Positions 47,060 to 56,824 of a DNA stretch of 64,000 nt are shown piece after piece. The stretch lies in NCBI GenBank assembly GCA_041743505.1, contig JBGTMQ010000020.1, positions 81,099 through 145,098 on the forward strand, given 5' to 3'. The notes beneath the pieces were generated by a model. The model did no database searches, had not been told where the DNA came from, and saw only the letters and a program-made list of their open reading frames with translations. Made by a program: the position numbers and the translations under genes. The stretch comes from Candidatus Saccharimonadia bacterium. Its GTDB lineage: Bacteria; Patescibacteriota; Saccharimonadia; UBA4664. Every line of letters begins with the position of its first letter. Within the stretch, counting starts at the first letter, position 1.

Positions 47060-49060
47060 ATGACCACCCAAGAAATCCGCTCAGCTTATCTAAAATTCTT
47101 CGCTAACCGCGGCCACGTTATCATCCCGCGGGCCAATCTCGTGCCCAAAGAAGACGCCACTACGCTTTTTACCGGCTCCGGCATGCAACCCATGATTCCA
47201 TACCTACTCGGCGCCAAACACCCCAGCGGCACCCGCCTGACCGATTCGCAAGTCTGCTTTCGCGCCGATGACATCGACGAAGTCGGCGACAATCGCCATA
47301 CCACCTCGTTTGAGATGCTCGGCAACTGGAGCCTCGGCGACTACTTTAAAAAAGAGCAAATCCACTGGATATTCGAGTTTCTAACTGAAGTCGTCAAGCT
47401 CGACCCGAATAAACTCTACGTCACCGCCTTTATTGGTGCCCCTGGGTACGACATTCCCAAAGACACTGAAGCCGCCGAGATCTGGCAGGAGCTCTTTAGA
47501 AAACAAGGCATTGACGCCGATGTCGCCGACCTTGGCTCAGAGGCAGACGGCTACAACCGCGGCATGAAAGCTGGCGAACGCATCTTCTATTACGATGGTT
47601 CCAAAAACTGGTGGAGCCGCAACGGTGGTCCCGAAACCACTCCGGTCGGCGACCCGTGTGGTCCCGACTCGGAAATGTTCTTCCGCCTCGACGACTCCCC
47701 GCATACTGACGATGAACAGCGCCAGTGGGGCGAGCATTGTCACCCCAACTGCGACTGCGGCCGGTTTATCGAAATCGGCAACAATGTCTTTATGGCCTAT
47801 CGCAAAGAAGCCGAAGGCAGATTTGTATTGCTCGAAAAGCCCAATATCGATCATGGCGCCGGTCTCGAACGGCTGGCCGCCGCAGCTATCAACGACCCGG
47901 ATATGTTCAAAATTAGCCTGCTCTGGCCCATCATCAAACAGCTCGAGCGCCTATCAGGCAAAGACTACGCCGCCGAGCAGCTGCCCATGCGTATCATCGC
48001 CGACCACCTGCGGGCCGCCACCTGGCTGGCCGTCGACGGCGTAGTCCCAAGTAACACGGCCCAAGGCTATGTCATGCGCCGCTTCATCCGCCGCGCCATC
48101 CGCCAGGCCCATGCCCTGGGTCTACGCGACAACTTTGTGCACGAGGTTATCCCCGTCATTGCCGACAGCTACCGGGATGCCTTTCCCGAAGTTACCGAGC
48201 GCGAAGTTGAGGTGATTAATATTCTTGTAATTGAAGAGAAACAATTTCGTTCCACGCTCGAGCGCGGTTTAAGGGAGTTTGAAAAACAATCGTTAGTCCT
48301 GCAAAAAGATGATGGTACATATAGCAGTCAAATACCGGCAGCTACTAAGCCACTTGAGCCAGGTGTCACTCCAAAGTCTTCTGGCTATTTAGGTAAATTC
48401 AGTGTTTTAACTGGCGACATGATGTTTAAACTCTTCGATACCCATGGATTTCCTGTTGAGCTCTCGAAAGAAGAGGCACAACGACGCGGTATGAAAATTG
48501 CGACAGATGCGGATAAAATCTATACAGAACTAATGAACGAGCAGCGCATTCGCTCCCGTACCGCCACCACCGGCCAATTCAAGGGCGGCCTGGCCGATCA
48601 CTCGGAGATGAGCACCAAATATCACACCGCCACGCATCTCATGTACAAAGCCTTGCGCATCGTGCTCGGCGATCACGTTATCCAGCGCGGATCAAACATC
48701 ACGCCGGAGCGGCTGCGCTTCGACTTTAGCCACTCCGGCAAAATGACGCCGGAGCAAATTAAACATGTCGAAGATATCGTCAACGCTCAAATCGGCAAAG
48801 ATTGGCCGATGGGCTTCCGCGAAGAGAAAACAGCCGGCGTACTCGGCAAAGTTCTCGGCGCCTTCGGTGACCGTTACGGCGACTTGGTCAAAATCTACAC
48901 TGTCGGTGACCCGGACGGCGAACATTACTCCCGCGAAATCTGCGGTGGCCCGCACGTGGACCACACCGGAGTCCTGGCTGAAGGTGGCAAACGGTTCAGG
49001 ATCAAGAAAGAAGAATCCAGCTCCGCCGGCGTACGGCGCATCAAAGCCGTACTTGAGTAG
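47060..49060 (+). CDS. alaS: Alanine--tRNA ligase (short form lacking C-Ala)
   Basis: LFTGSGMQP, FEMLGNWS, CGPDSE, DHGAGLER, HTATH, CGGPH, GVRRI. Confidence 0.98.
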   Translation: MTTQEIRSAYLKFFANRGHVIIPRANLVPKEDATTLFTGSGMQPMIPYLLGAKHPSGTRLTDSQVCFRADDIDEVGDNRHTTSFEMLGNWSLGDYFKKEQIHWIFEFLTEVVKLDPNKLYVTAFIGAPGYDIPKDTEAAEIWQELFRKQGIDADVADLGSEADGYNRGMKAGERIFYYDGSKNWWSRNGGPETTPVGDPCGPDSEMFFRLDDSPHTDDEQRQWGEHCHPNCDCGRFIEIGNNVFMAYRKEAEGRFVLLEKPNIDHGAGLERLAAAAINDPDMFKISLLWPIIKQLERLSGKDYAAEQLPMRIIADHLRAATWLAVDGVVPSNTAQGYVMRRFIRRAIRQAHALGLRDNFVHEVIPVIADSYRDAFPEVTEREVEVINILVIEEKQFRSTLERGLREFEKQSLVLQKDDGTYSSQIPAATKPLEPGVTPKSSGYLGKFSVLTGDMMFKLFDTHGFPVELSKEEAQRRGMKIATDADKIYTELMNEQRIRSRTATTGQFKGGLADHSEMSTKYHTATHLMYKALRIVLGDHVIQRGSNITPERLRFDFSHSGKMTPEQIKHVEDIVNAQIGKDWPMGFREEKTAGVLGKVLGAFGDRYGDLVKIYTVGDPDGEHYSREICGGPHVDHTGVLAEGGKRFRIKKEESSSAGVRRIKAVLE

Positions 49061-49123
49061 CAAACCCCGCACCTCCAAACAAAAAATAGCCGGCACGCAA
49101 GGTGCCGGCCGTTGTCGTCTGCT

Positions 49124-49468
49124 TCATTGAAGCGCGATCGGGAGTGCTATGACCCCCAGGAGGATAGATCCAGCCGCAATTGTGACCAGGCCTACCGTAG
49201 CAACTGACTTGTCGGGTGGAACGAGCCTGAGCTCGGCGGCCCATTTGGTGTGGACCACGACGATCATGAGATGGGCGATGGTGAGAGTCGCAATCGCCAA
49301 TGATGTGGCTATCGCGCAGAACCAGCCCAGCACCACGCTGCCAAAAGGCGCCTGGTGCAATACCGAATGGAACATCGGAGTCATGATGGTCGCCATTGTA
49401 GAGAGAACAGGCAAGACCGGAAAAAATGTCTCCAGGTTACGCCGCATGGAACTAGTCGATGAAATCAT
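49124..49468 (-). CDS. 3-TM membrane protein, paralog B
   Basis: QAPFG...LGW.C.I..SLA shared with 49485; GGGAGG SD. Confidence 0.7.
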   Translation of the reverse strand: MISSTSSMRRNLETFFPVLPVLSTMATIMTPMFHSVLHQAPFGSVVLGWFCAIATSLAIATLTIAHLMIVVVHTKWAAELRLVPPDKSVATVGLVTIAAGSILLGVIALPIALQ

Positions 49469-49484
49469 GGTTGCCTCCCGGAGC

Positions 49485-49829
49485 CTAGATGAACAGTATG
49501 CCAATCGATGCAGCGCCTAGCAAAAAGGATACTGCCACCGCCCAGGCCGCAAGTTTGACGGCCCAATCGCTGACATATGGGAAAATATCGAGACGCCAAG
49601 CCAGCTGAGCGCCCATCAACATGAGGATGATGGCGGAGTAGGCAAAAACCGACACGGCCAAGGATGCCACGATGCAGCAAACCCAGCCAAGCGCCGGGTT
49701 ACCAAAAGGCGCCTGGGGTAACATCAGATGGAGTATGGGGACTGGGCTGGCAGCCAAAATCAGCAATACCACCACTGACGGAGCGAGTGCCCACATCTTG
49801 CGACGCTGACGTGTACTGTAAGCCATCAT
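49485..49829 (-). CDS. 3-TM membrane protein, paralog A
   Basis: QAPFGNPALGWVCCIVASLA. Confidence 0.7.
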   Translation of the reverse strand: MMAYSTRQRRKMWALAPSVVVLLILAASPVPILHLMLPQAPFGNPALGWVCCIVASLAVSVFAYSAIILMLMGAQLAWRLDIFPYVSDWAVKLAAWAVAVSFLLGAASIGILFI

Positions 49830-49941
49830 TAGCCTCTCAATGTCGAAGAACACATGTATAGCTTAAATATAACACAAAATATGCAAAAAGTCAATAATCA
49901 AGACCTTCGTCTAAGCCTGTCCAATCGAGCAAAATTTAGCT

Positions 49942-50667
49942 ATGCTAACTGAAGTGAAACTAAAGTACAAACGCTTACTCCTTAAATTATCCGGCGAGCA
50001 ATTAGCCGGCGGTCATAAAAGCGGCATCGACCCGGCCATCGTTGCCTGGATAGCCAAAGAAGTTAAGAAAGCTACCGACGCCGGCGCCGAAATTATCATG
50101 TTGGCCGGCGGTGGCAATATCGTTCGCGGCAAAGAAGTCGCCGGCAACGGCATCCAGCTCATAACCGCTCACAACATGGGCATGCTCTCAGGCCTCATGA
50201 ACGGCATGGCGGTAGCAGATGTACTTACCGCCAATGGCATCTCGGCCCAATTACTAACAAATATCCGAGCCGACCAGGTAGCCGATCAATACACCGAGCG
50301 CCGGGCGGTGCATCATCTAAACAAAGGCCGCGTAGTCGTTATCGGCGGCGGCATCGGCCGGCCGTACTTCACCCACGATACCGCTGCCGTCAATCTGGCT
50401 CTGGAACTCCAATGCGACATCGTCTGCAAAATAACTAAAGTCGACGGCGTCTACGACCGTGACCCCACCAAGCACGCCGGTGCCAAGAAATTCGACGAGG
50501 TTTCATTTCAGCATGCCGTCGAAAACACCAATATCGCCGTCATGGACAAGGCGGCGCTAGGTTTGGCCATGGAACATAAGATGCCGGTGATAATCTTTGA
50601 TCTCCACAACGAGGACAACATCCGCCGCGTCGCCTCGGGCGAAGCCGTCGGCACGCTCATTTCATAG
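49942..50667 (+). CDS. pyrH: UMP kinase (native, divergent)
   Basis: LLKLSGE, GGGNIVRG, PYFTHDTAA, VDGVYD.DP, MDKAA. Confidence 0.95.
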   Translation: MLTEVKLKYKRLLLKLSGEQLAGGHKSGIDPAIVAWIAKEVKKATDAGAEIIMLAGGGNIVRGKEVAGNGIQLITAHNMGMLSGLMNGMAVADVLTANGISAQLLTNIRADQVADQYTERRAVHHLNKGRVVVIGGGIGRPYFTHDTAAVNLALELQCDIVCKITKVDGVYDRDPTKHAGAKKFDEVSFQHAVENTNIAVMDKAALGLAMEHKMPVIIFDLHNEDNIRRVASGEAVGTLIS

Positions 50668-50725
50668 ACTTCAAAACATGAAAACGGCCACCTCTATACG
50701 AGACAGCCGCTTAATACTGCGTCAA

Positions 50726-51517
50726 CTAAACTAAATGCCGGAGGGTATGTACGATTGTACCGACTCCTTCGCCTCGCACAGCCCGGGCAATATTGCCCTC
50801 GGTGAGCAGGTTAAAAACGATGATCGGCAGCTTGTTGTCCATGCAAAGGCTGAAGGCCGTTGCATCTGCAACCTTAAGGTCGCGTTCAAGCACCTCACGA
50901 TGCGTGATCCATGGAATCAATTCAGCGGTGGGGTCTGTCCTGGGATCAGCCGTGTACACGCCGTCGACAGCTTTGCCCATCAGCAGAATCTCGCAGCCAA
51001 TTTCCAGCGCTCTCTGGGCGGCAGTTGTATCCGTCGAGAAGTAGGGCATACTAACGCCGGCGCCAAAAATCACCACCCGCCCTTTTTCGAGGTGTCGGAT
51101 AGCCCGGCGGGGAATGTACGCCTCAGCCACTTGGCTCATCGTAATGGCGGTCTGCACACGGGTCTCAACGCCATACTCGCGCTCCAGAAAATCCTGTAAC
51201 GCCAGACTATTCATCACTGTGCCAAGCATACCCATGTAGTCAGCCCTGGCGCGGTCCATGCCGGTATCTTGCAACTGCCGCCCGCGGAAAAAGTTACCAC
51301 CGCCAATGACGATCGCCATCTCAATGCCGGTAGCCGCCACCTCGGCTATTTGCCGCGCCACCATGTTTACTACGTCCGGATCAACCCCGACGCTACCGCC
51401 ACCAAACATTTCACCGCCGAGCTTCAGCATCACGCGGCGATAACGTGGTGGCTGGAATTCTTTGCCAAGCCGGTCCATCGTTGCACAACCGGCCGGGGGA
51501 TCAGTCAAATCGGTCAT
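50726..51517 (-). CDS. pyrH: UMP kinase, actinobacterial-type second copy
   Basis: [68 protein letters not shown]. Confidence 0.95.
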   Translation of the reverse strand: MTDLTDPPAGCATMDRLGKEFQPPRYRRVMLKLGGEMFGGGSVGVDPDVVNMVARQIAEVAATGIEMAIVIGGGNFFRGRQLQDTGMDRARADYMGMLGTVMNSLALQDFLEREYGVETRVQTAITMSQVAEAYIPRRAIRHLEKGRVVIFGAGVSMPYFSTDTTAAQRALEIGCEILLMGKAVDGVYTADPRTDPTAELIPWITHREVLERDLKVADATAFSLCMDNKLPIIVFNLLTEGNIARAVRGEGVGTIVHTLRHLV

Positions 51518-51670
51518 GGTTCGCCCTTCGGTTTGTACAAAGCACCCATTGCTTCTAGCCGGTTATACCAGACAGCGTCAATTTACACAATAGAACTTAT
51601 ATATAGACCCTAAGCGCTTTCAATTTTTCAGATATGATGCTTATACTTAAAACTGTAACGTGAGTATGTA

Positions 51671-52297
51671 ATGAACCAGCGTGGCAGAGCGCCAATTTTG
51701 CTAATTGTAATTGCAGCGACCTTAGGTGTTGGGCTGGCGGCTTCAGCCTACCTGAATTACAACCAATACCAAAAATCCAGCCAAATCCAACGCGAGCTAA
51801 AGGGACAAATCACTGACCTGCGCTATCAACTGCGCATCGATCAGAAGCAGGCAGCAGCCTCACCGTCACCTTCGCCCGGAATTACGGCCGGTAACGCCGC
51901 CGCTCCCGCACCAGCCGCTTCGCCCGGTGTGCTCGGTGCCCAAACCGTCGACCTAACCCAGCTCGGTGTCAAGCTAACGGTCGGCGACCCGATCGCTGAT
52001 CTAACCTACGATCATGAACTGGTCGGCTCGCTGCAGGTGGCGAACCTAACCACCTCAAGCCTGGTGGCCAAATATCCCGCCTGTAAACCCGGTACGGCTC
52101 TGGGAATGGTTGTGCGCCGGCCGCTCAATTCAAAACCCTCGAGCTCCTCTACCAAATTCCTCAAAACATTCGGCAAATTTAATTTCTACTATGTCCCTTC
52201 AACCGGCAATTGTGGCGGTACTCCGGCCGGCCAAGCAGCCGTCACAGCAGCCAAGTCCGCCCTGGTAAACACCGTGTTGCCAACACTAAGCCAATAG
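51671..52297 (+). CDS. Membrane-anchored coiled-coil protein with prepilin-like N-terminus
   Basis: MNQRG followed by a hydrophobic helix, coiled coil and Cys pair. Confidence 0.7.
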   Translation: MNQRGRAPILLIVIAATLGVGLAASAYLNYNQYQKSSQIQRELKGQITDLRYQLRIDQKQAAASPSPSPGITAGNAAAPAPAASPGVLGAQTVDLTQLGVKLTVGDPIADLTYDHELVGSLQVANLTTSSLVAKYPACKPGTALGMVVRRPLNSKPSSSSTKFLKTFGKFNFYYVPSTGNCGGTPAGQAAVTAAKSALVNTVLPTLSQ

Positions 52298-52334
52298 TTT
52301 GCTATAATTAGTCAAACATAAGGAGCACAGCCAG

Positions 52335-52607
52335 GTGATGGGTTCAAGGCACATGATTATCATCGTCATGCAATGGGTCGTCATCGCTGTGCTGGTGGCC
52401 GGCGGAAGTATAGCGGTGCTTATGGCAGAGCACAAAACAGCCGATTTCAAAAAGCAGCTCGAAAATCAAAAGAGCAATGTTAACAGCCTCCGAGAACAGG
52501 TCCGCCAGGCCAGAAATCCAACTTCAAGCCCGGTGCAGCCGCTGCCCGAGGCATCCGCTAACGCCGCTCCGTCTCCGTCCATAACGCCCAAACCAGTTCG
52601 ACCATAG
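52335..52607 (+). CDS. Small TM + coiled-coil protein
   Basis: AAGGAG SD; TM helix, heptads, Pro-rich tail. Confidence 0.65.
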   Translation: MMGSRHMIIIVMQWVVIAVLVAGGSIAVLMAEHKTADFKKQLENQKSNVNSLREQVRQARNPTSSPVQPLPEASANAAPSPSITPKPVRP

Positions 52608-52659
52608 TTGGCTTTAGCCTAGCATAAGCGCTACAATGAGCGGTATAAGATAGTAGCCA

Positions 52660-53931
52660 ATGACCAACAAGCTGATCGAAAAATTCGTTCGCCTGCGCTC
52701 CTCCGCCACAGCTCCCCGGTATCTGGTAGCCCTCGACATCGGCACCGAATTCGTTAAGGCACTCATCGGCGAGGTCAAAAGCGATACCGTCGAGATTATC
52801 GGCGTTGGCCGCCAGCGCCAGCGCCTCACCGACATGCAGTCGGGCGCCGTCACCGATATCCGCGGTGTGGTCGAAAACTGCGATTTGGCGCTTAAGATGG
52901 CCGAAAAAATGGCCGGCGTAGTTGCCAAAGATGTGGTCGTCGGCATCGCCGGTGAGCTGGTCAAAGGCGCCTCCACCACCGTCCGCTACAAACGCTCCGA
53001 CCCCAGCGCGCCCATTGACATGGCCGAACTCAAAAAAATCCTCGACCGGGTCCAATACCGGGCCTTTGAGCGCGCCCGCCAGCAGCTCACCTGGGAAACC
53101 GGCATGAAAGAAATTGAGGTCAAGCTAGTCAACACCGCCATCGTCGACGTCCAGATCGACGGCTACCGGGTTACCAATCCCATTGGCTTCCAAGGCCGCG
53201 ATGTCTCCATCCAGCTCTTTAACGCCTTTGCCCCCATGGTCCACCTTGGCGCCCTCCAGAGCGTGGCCCAAGACCTCGATCTCAACCTCGTTAGCATCGC
53301 CGCCGAACCATTCGCTGTCGCCAAATCCGTGGGAGGCCAGGATTCGGGTGAATTTTCCGCCATCTTCATCGACATCGGCGGCGGCACCACCGACATTGCC
53401 TTAGTCAACAACGGCGGCGTCGAAGGCACCAAAATGTTCGCCATCGGCGGCCGCAGCTTCACCAAGCGCATCGCTCAGGTGGCCAATGTCAGCTTTGAAA
53501 AAGCCGAAGAAATGAAAATGTCCTACTCCAGCGGCAAACTCGGCCCCAAGGGCGTCAAACTGGTCGAAGAGGCTGTCAATTCCGATATCAAAGTCTGGCT
53601 CTCCGGCGTCGAGCTCAGCCTGGCCGAATTCGACCGCGTCGACCACCTCCCGGCCAAAATCCTGCTCTGCGGCGGCGGTACCGGCCTGCCCCAAATCATG
53701 GACGCTCTCAAGGGTGCCGATTGGTACAAAAACCTGCCCTTCGCCCGCAAGCCGGTCATCGCGCATATCAGCCCCACCGAGGTCAACCGCGTTATCGACA
53801 AAACCGGCAAACTCGTCAGCTACGCCGACATCACACCCATGGGCCTGGCCAATCTCGGCCTCGACACTGCGGGCGGCGGCACCGTCACCGAAACCCTTAT
53901 CAAAAAACTATCCCGCGCTATCTCGGCGTGA
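52660..53931 (+). CDS. FtsA-like actin-fold ATPase
   Basis: ALDIGT..VKA, V.VGIAG, AEPFA, IDIGGGTTD, GG..FT, AE.MK, LCGGG. Confidence 0.88.
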   Translation: MTNKLIEKFVRLRSSATAPRYLVALDIGTEFVKALIGEVKSDTVEIIGVGRQRQRLTDMQSGAVTDIRGVVENCDLALKMAEKMAGVVAKDVVVGIAGELVKGASTTVRYKRSDPSAPIDMAELKKILDRVQYRAFERARQQLTWETGMKEIEVKLVNTAIVDVQIDGYRVTNPIGFQGRDVSIQLFNAFAPMVHLGALQSVAQDLDLNLVSIAAEPFAVAKSVGGQDSGEFSAIFIDIGGGTTDIALVNNGGVEGTKMFAIGGRSFTKRIAQVANVSFEKAEEMKMSYSSGKLGPKGVKLVEEAVNSDIKVWLSGVELSLAEFDRVDHLPAKILLCGGGTGLPQIMDALKGADWYKNLPFARKPVIAHISPTEVNRVIDKTGKLVSYADITPMGLANLGLDTAGGGTVTETLIKKLSRAISA

Positions 53932-53956
53932 CAGAAGCTTTCTCGGTTGTTAGCCA

Positions 53957-53985
53957 TTGACAAGCGCTAGAATAATTGTTATAAT
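53957..53985 (+). promoter_or_regulatory. Consensus sigma70 promoter
   Basis: TTGACA-17bp-TATAAT. Confidence 0.85.
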
Positions 53986-54038
53986 TATATATCAATCCGC
54001 TCGAATCGTTACCCGCCATTCCTAACTGGAGGTTTGTA

Positions 54039-54389
54039 GTGTCCCAGGAACATGCGATTGATGTCACCCTATACGGTACCTACAGCGGAGCGGAGATCAT
54101 CGCCGCCGCCAAAAAAACTGCTGATTCGAGGGCAAGATTCCATTCCAAGAAGCCCTATGGAGAATCCTTGCCTTGGATTGGCCAGATATCAGAGTATGGC
54201 TACGAGCACGTTCTCGTAGCCACATCTCGAGATGAATTCGCCATCCTGCCTGAGGCGGATTATACCCAAGTTGTCCTCATGAACTACGCCTGGCCCGTTC
54301 ATGTGCAGGTCGTAGGCTACAGTGACGAGCGCATCTTTGAAGAGCTCCAGCAGTTTGCTGCTACTCTTAAGCGGAATCTTCGGCGCTGA
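54039..54389 (+). CDS. Hypothetical protein
   Basis: GGAGG SD with GTG start; terminator hairpin at 54411-54446. Confidence 0.7.
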   Translation: MSQEHAIDVTLYGTYSGAEIIAAAKKTADSRARFHSKKPYGESLPWIGQISEYGYEHVLVATSRDEFAILPEADYTQVVLMNYAWPVHVQVVGYSDERIFEELQQFAATLKRNLRR

Positions 54390-54861
54390 ACATCTGAATA
54401 AGGCTTATCATACCCCGAACCCTTAATGGTTCGGGGTACTCTCTTTGCCACGCGAGCTAGGCTTTACGGGCCTTTATGGTAACGACGCAGACATCAAAGC
54501 CAAGTTTCTTGAGCTCAATCACCAGTCTCCATTCCGGCTTGGTTTCGAAGCTATTTACACGTTTCCCAGAAGTGCCAGCAAGCCGATATGACCTTAAGCT
54601 GGCCGTGAATGGCTATCTCCGGTCATCTTACCGCGGCATTCCAATCTACGGAACATCACCGGCCAGGTGGCTGAATACGACTAAAATGAAGACGCTGTTA
54701 CTGAGGACCAAAGAAGACTTACTTGGACGTCCATCTCCGCCAAATAATTAACTAGTCGTGAGTTCAAAAACCTCTATAGCATGAAAGTGAGGGCTGTATA
54801 ATAATTCATGCCATGGCTATCTTCTCTAAGGGCTCGGTACTGATCTAACTTATAAGGTACC

Positions 54862-54961
54862 TACTCTCCTGAGGAGAGCGTTTGGTTTTTGTTGGCCTAT
54901 AAATCACTATAACAAGCCATTATTCAATGGTAACTGGCAGCTTACTCTCCCCAGGAGAGTA
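54862..54961 (+). repeat. Bipartite palindromic element E6 (variant arms)
   Basis: TACTCTCCTGAGGAGAGCG (54862-54880), CTATAACAAGCC (54907), TACTCTCCCCAGGAGAGTA (54943-54961); same 45/36 offsets as E1-E3. Confidence 0.85.
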
Positions 54962-55130
54962 CCTATTGAAAAGTCTAGCCGGTATCCTGTGAGACTCGTG
55001 GAGCTGGAGCCGAATTCTTACGGTCACCAGGGGCCAGGTTTTAGAATTCACGGAACTAGACATTTACAAATCAGCAATAATATGCTATTATAATAGATGT
55101 CCGCTCTTCTACAACTCAGAAGGAACCGAA

Positions 55131-55559
55131 ATGTCTCGGCGCACCAAGCTCCTGCTCGTCGGAATTGCTGCGGCCCTAATCATCGTTAGTGGCCTGGCGT
55201 ACATCCTTACGCGCGGAAACGACCGACCGGCACCTCAGGCCAACGGCGCCAATGCCGGGGTAATGTCGCCGGCTAGTCCTGTCCCAAGCGTTAGCACAAC
55301 GCAGCCAGCTAGTCCAATCATTAATGTCGTCGACTGCATCGGTAACGGTGCCACCTGCGAAGGCAGCCTAAACGGCTCGGATGGTGAGGTTCGTGTCACC
55401 AACAACACCAGTCACAACTGGCGGCTCAAGCTCACTTGTAACCACAGTGGTGACCAATGGAGCAGCTTAAATCAGCCATCAGCTGGCACAGTAACATCAC
55501 AGGCAAGCTGTAAGCATGGCGCACCAGCCCTCTACTGGAATGTCATATCACAGCCATAG
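55131..55559 (+). CDS. Membrane-anchored secreted protein with 4 Cys
   Basis: N-terminal TM helix, Pro/Ser linker, beta-rich domain. Confidence 0.7.
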   Translation: MSRRTKLLLVGIAAALIIVSGLAYILTRGNDRPAPQANGANAGVMSPASPVPSVSTTQPASPIINVVDCIGNGATCEGSLNGSDGEVRVTNNTSHNWRLKLTCNHSGDQWSSLNQPSAGTVTSQASCKHGAPALYWNVISQP

Positions 55560-55858
55560 CCTGGCAACACCCATAATCCAGCCCCACCGGCGCGTTCTCT
55601 CACGAGGACGCGCCATTTCTTTGCCCAAACAAAAAAATTCTGGCAAACATTACTGCTTGCCAGAACCATGCTGGTCTTACTTGCGGTATCTCCACAGGCC
55701 ATAGCCAACCAGGCTAACGATGCCCACAAACCCGATCAGGAAATTGTTGAAACATCCCCCGAATTCTACCCGACGAATGAGCCCAGACACGCTTACCTCC
55801 CTTGAGAACAACCAGTGATTTGGCCAGCAATAACAACTTAGCAAACAGCCCCAAGACG

Positions 55859-56356
55859 TCAACCAGCCAGCGGCCGGCCGTCCAGCAACCGGGCATACGT
55901 TGCGCACCAAACCGCCATCTTTACGGGAGCGACTGCGCACCAAGATTGATAGACTAACCCGGATGTGTTCCCGGACCACCATAGCTTGCTGGCAAAAATC
56001 CGGCCGTCGGGCAACCTCACCCGGTAATAGTCACGGAACTTGGCCGGATTCGAGTATCCTGTAAATATCGCATCGCCCTTGACGCCAATATGGAATAGGG
56101 CATACGCCTCACTGCCATTGGGGTGACGGACTACAGCCTCGATAGCCCGGATCCTTTGATGAGTCTTCGCGTGTATGTCTGGTGAACCGCAATGCAGAAT
56201 CTCGACGGTACCTTCATCAGCCACCTCTGCGCAGCACTTAAAGAACATATCCCAGTCGTCATCGCCGGCCTTAGCCAGCGATGTAATGCTAGGAATGCGG
56301 AACTTCTTGGGAGTGCGGCCGCGGGCGGCGCTGATCGCTGTAACTGTTGCATTCAT
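55859..56356 (-). CDS. Hypothetical protein (3' end possibly disrupted)
   Basis: GGGAGG SD; 165 aa. Confidence 0.6.
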   Translation of the reverse strand: MNATVTAISAARGRTPKKFRIPSITSLAKAGDDDWDMFFKCCAEVADEGTVEILHCGSPDIHAKTHQRIRAIEAVVRHPNGSEAYALFHIGVKGDAIFTGYSNPAKFRDYYRVRLPDGRIFASKLWWSGNTSGLVYQSWCAVAPVKMAVWCATYARLLDGRPLAG

Positions 56357-56449
56357 GGTGCCTCCCAGTTAGAGATGGGATTCTAATATTTTAACAAAAA
56401 AACCGCCTCCTCGCCCAAAAAGAGGCGAGAAGGCGGCAATCACAGCTGG

Positions 56450-56584
56450 TTACGCGAACCAGCTTATGATGGCGTATCCCACGCCGGTTGCGGCAAGGAA
56501 GCCAAGGCCGGCGAACGCGATGACTGTCACGACGCAGCCTTCATTTGGAGTAGCAGGAGTGCTTGCGGTGGGCCGGTTAAGCAT
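56450..56584 (-). CDS. Small single-TM peptide (44 aa)
   Basis: GGAGG SD, TTGACA promoter near 56708, hairpin terminator downstream. Confidence 0.55.
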   Translation of the reverse strand: MLNRPTASTPATPNEGCVVTVIAFAGLGFLAATGVGYAIISWFA

Positions 56585-56824
56585 GTTTCCTCCAGCGAAT
56601 CTACAGAATGGGCTAGACGGCTCAAGGGCGCCTCTTCCTGCCGCCAGGATGGCACTCTCAGTAGCCCAGCTAACCATAATAAATTAACAAAAAATGTTAA
56701 CTATGTCAAAACAGATTATAAGATATAACCTCCCTCATATTGCCGGCAGAAATTCAGCGTCCAGACATGAAAAAGGCCCGGATAAGTGCTCCGGGCCTTC
56801 CTCGACAGTCGTGTGGATGTGATG

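Noticed and set aside
48342-48352. CTACTAAGCCA inside alaS resembling the element core
   Set aside because: No TACT-N11-AGTA arms seen at the expected offsets; likely chance.
54476-54751. 91-aa ORF
   Set aside because: No SD, promoter or recognisable motif; may be a decayed remnant, so not called.
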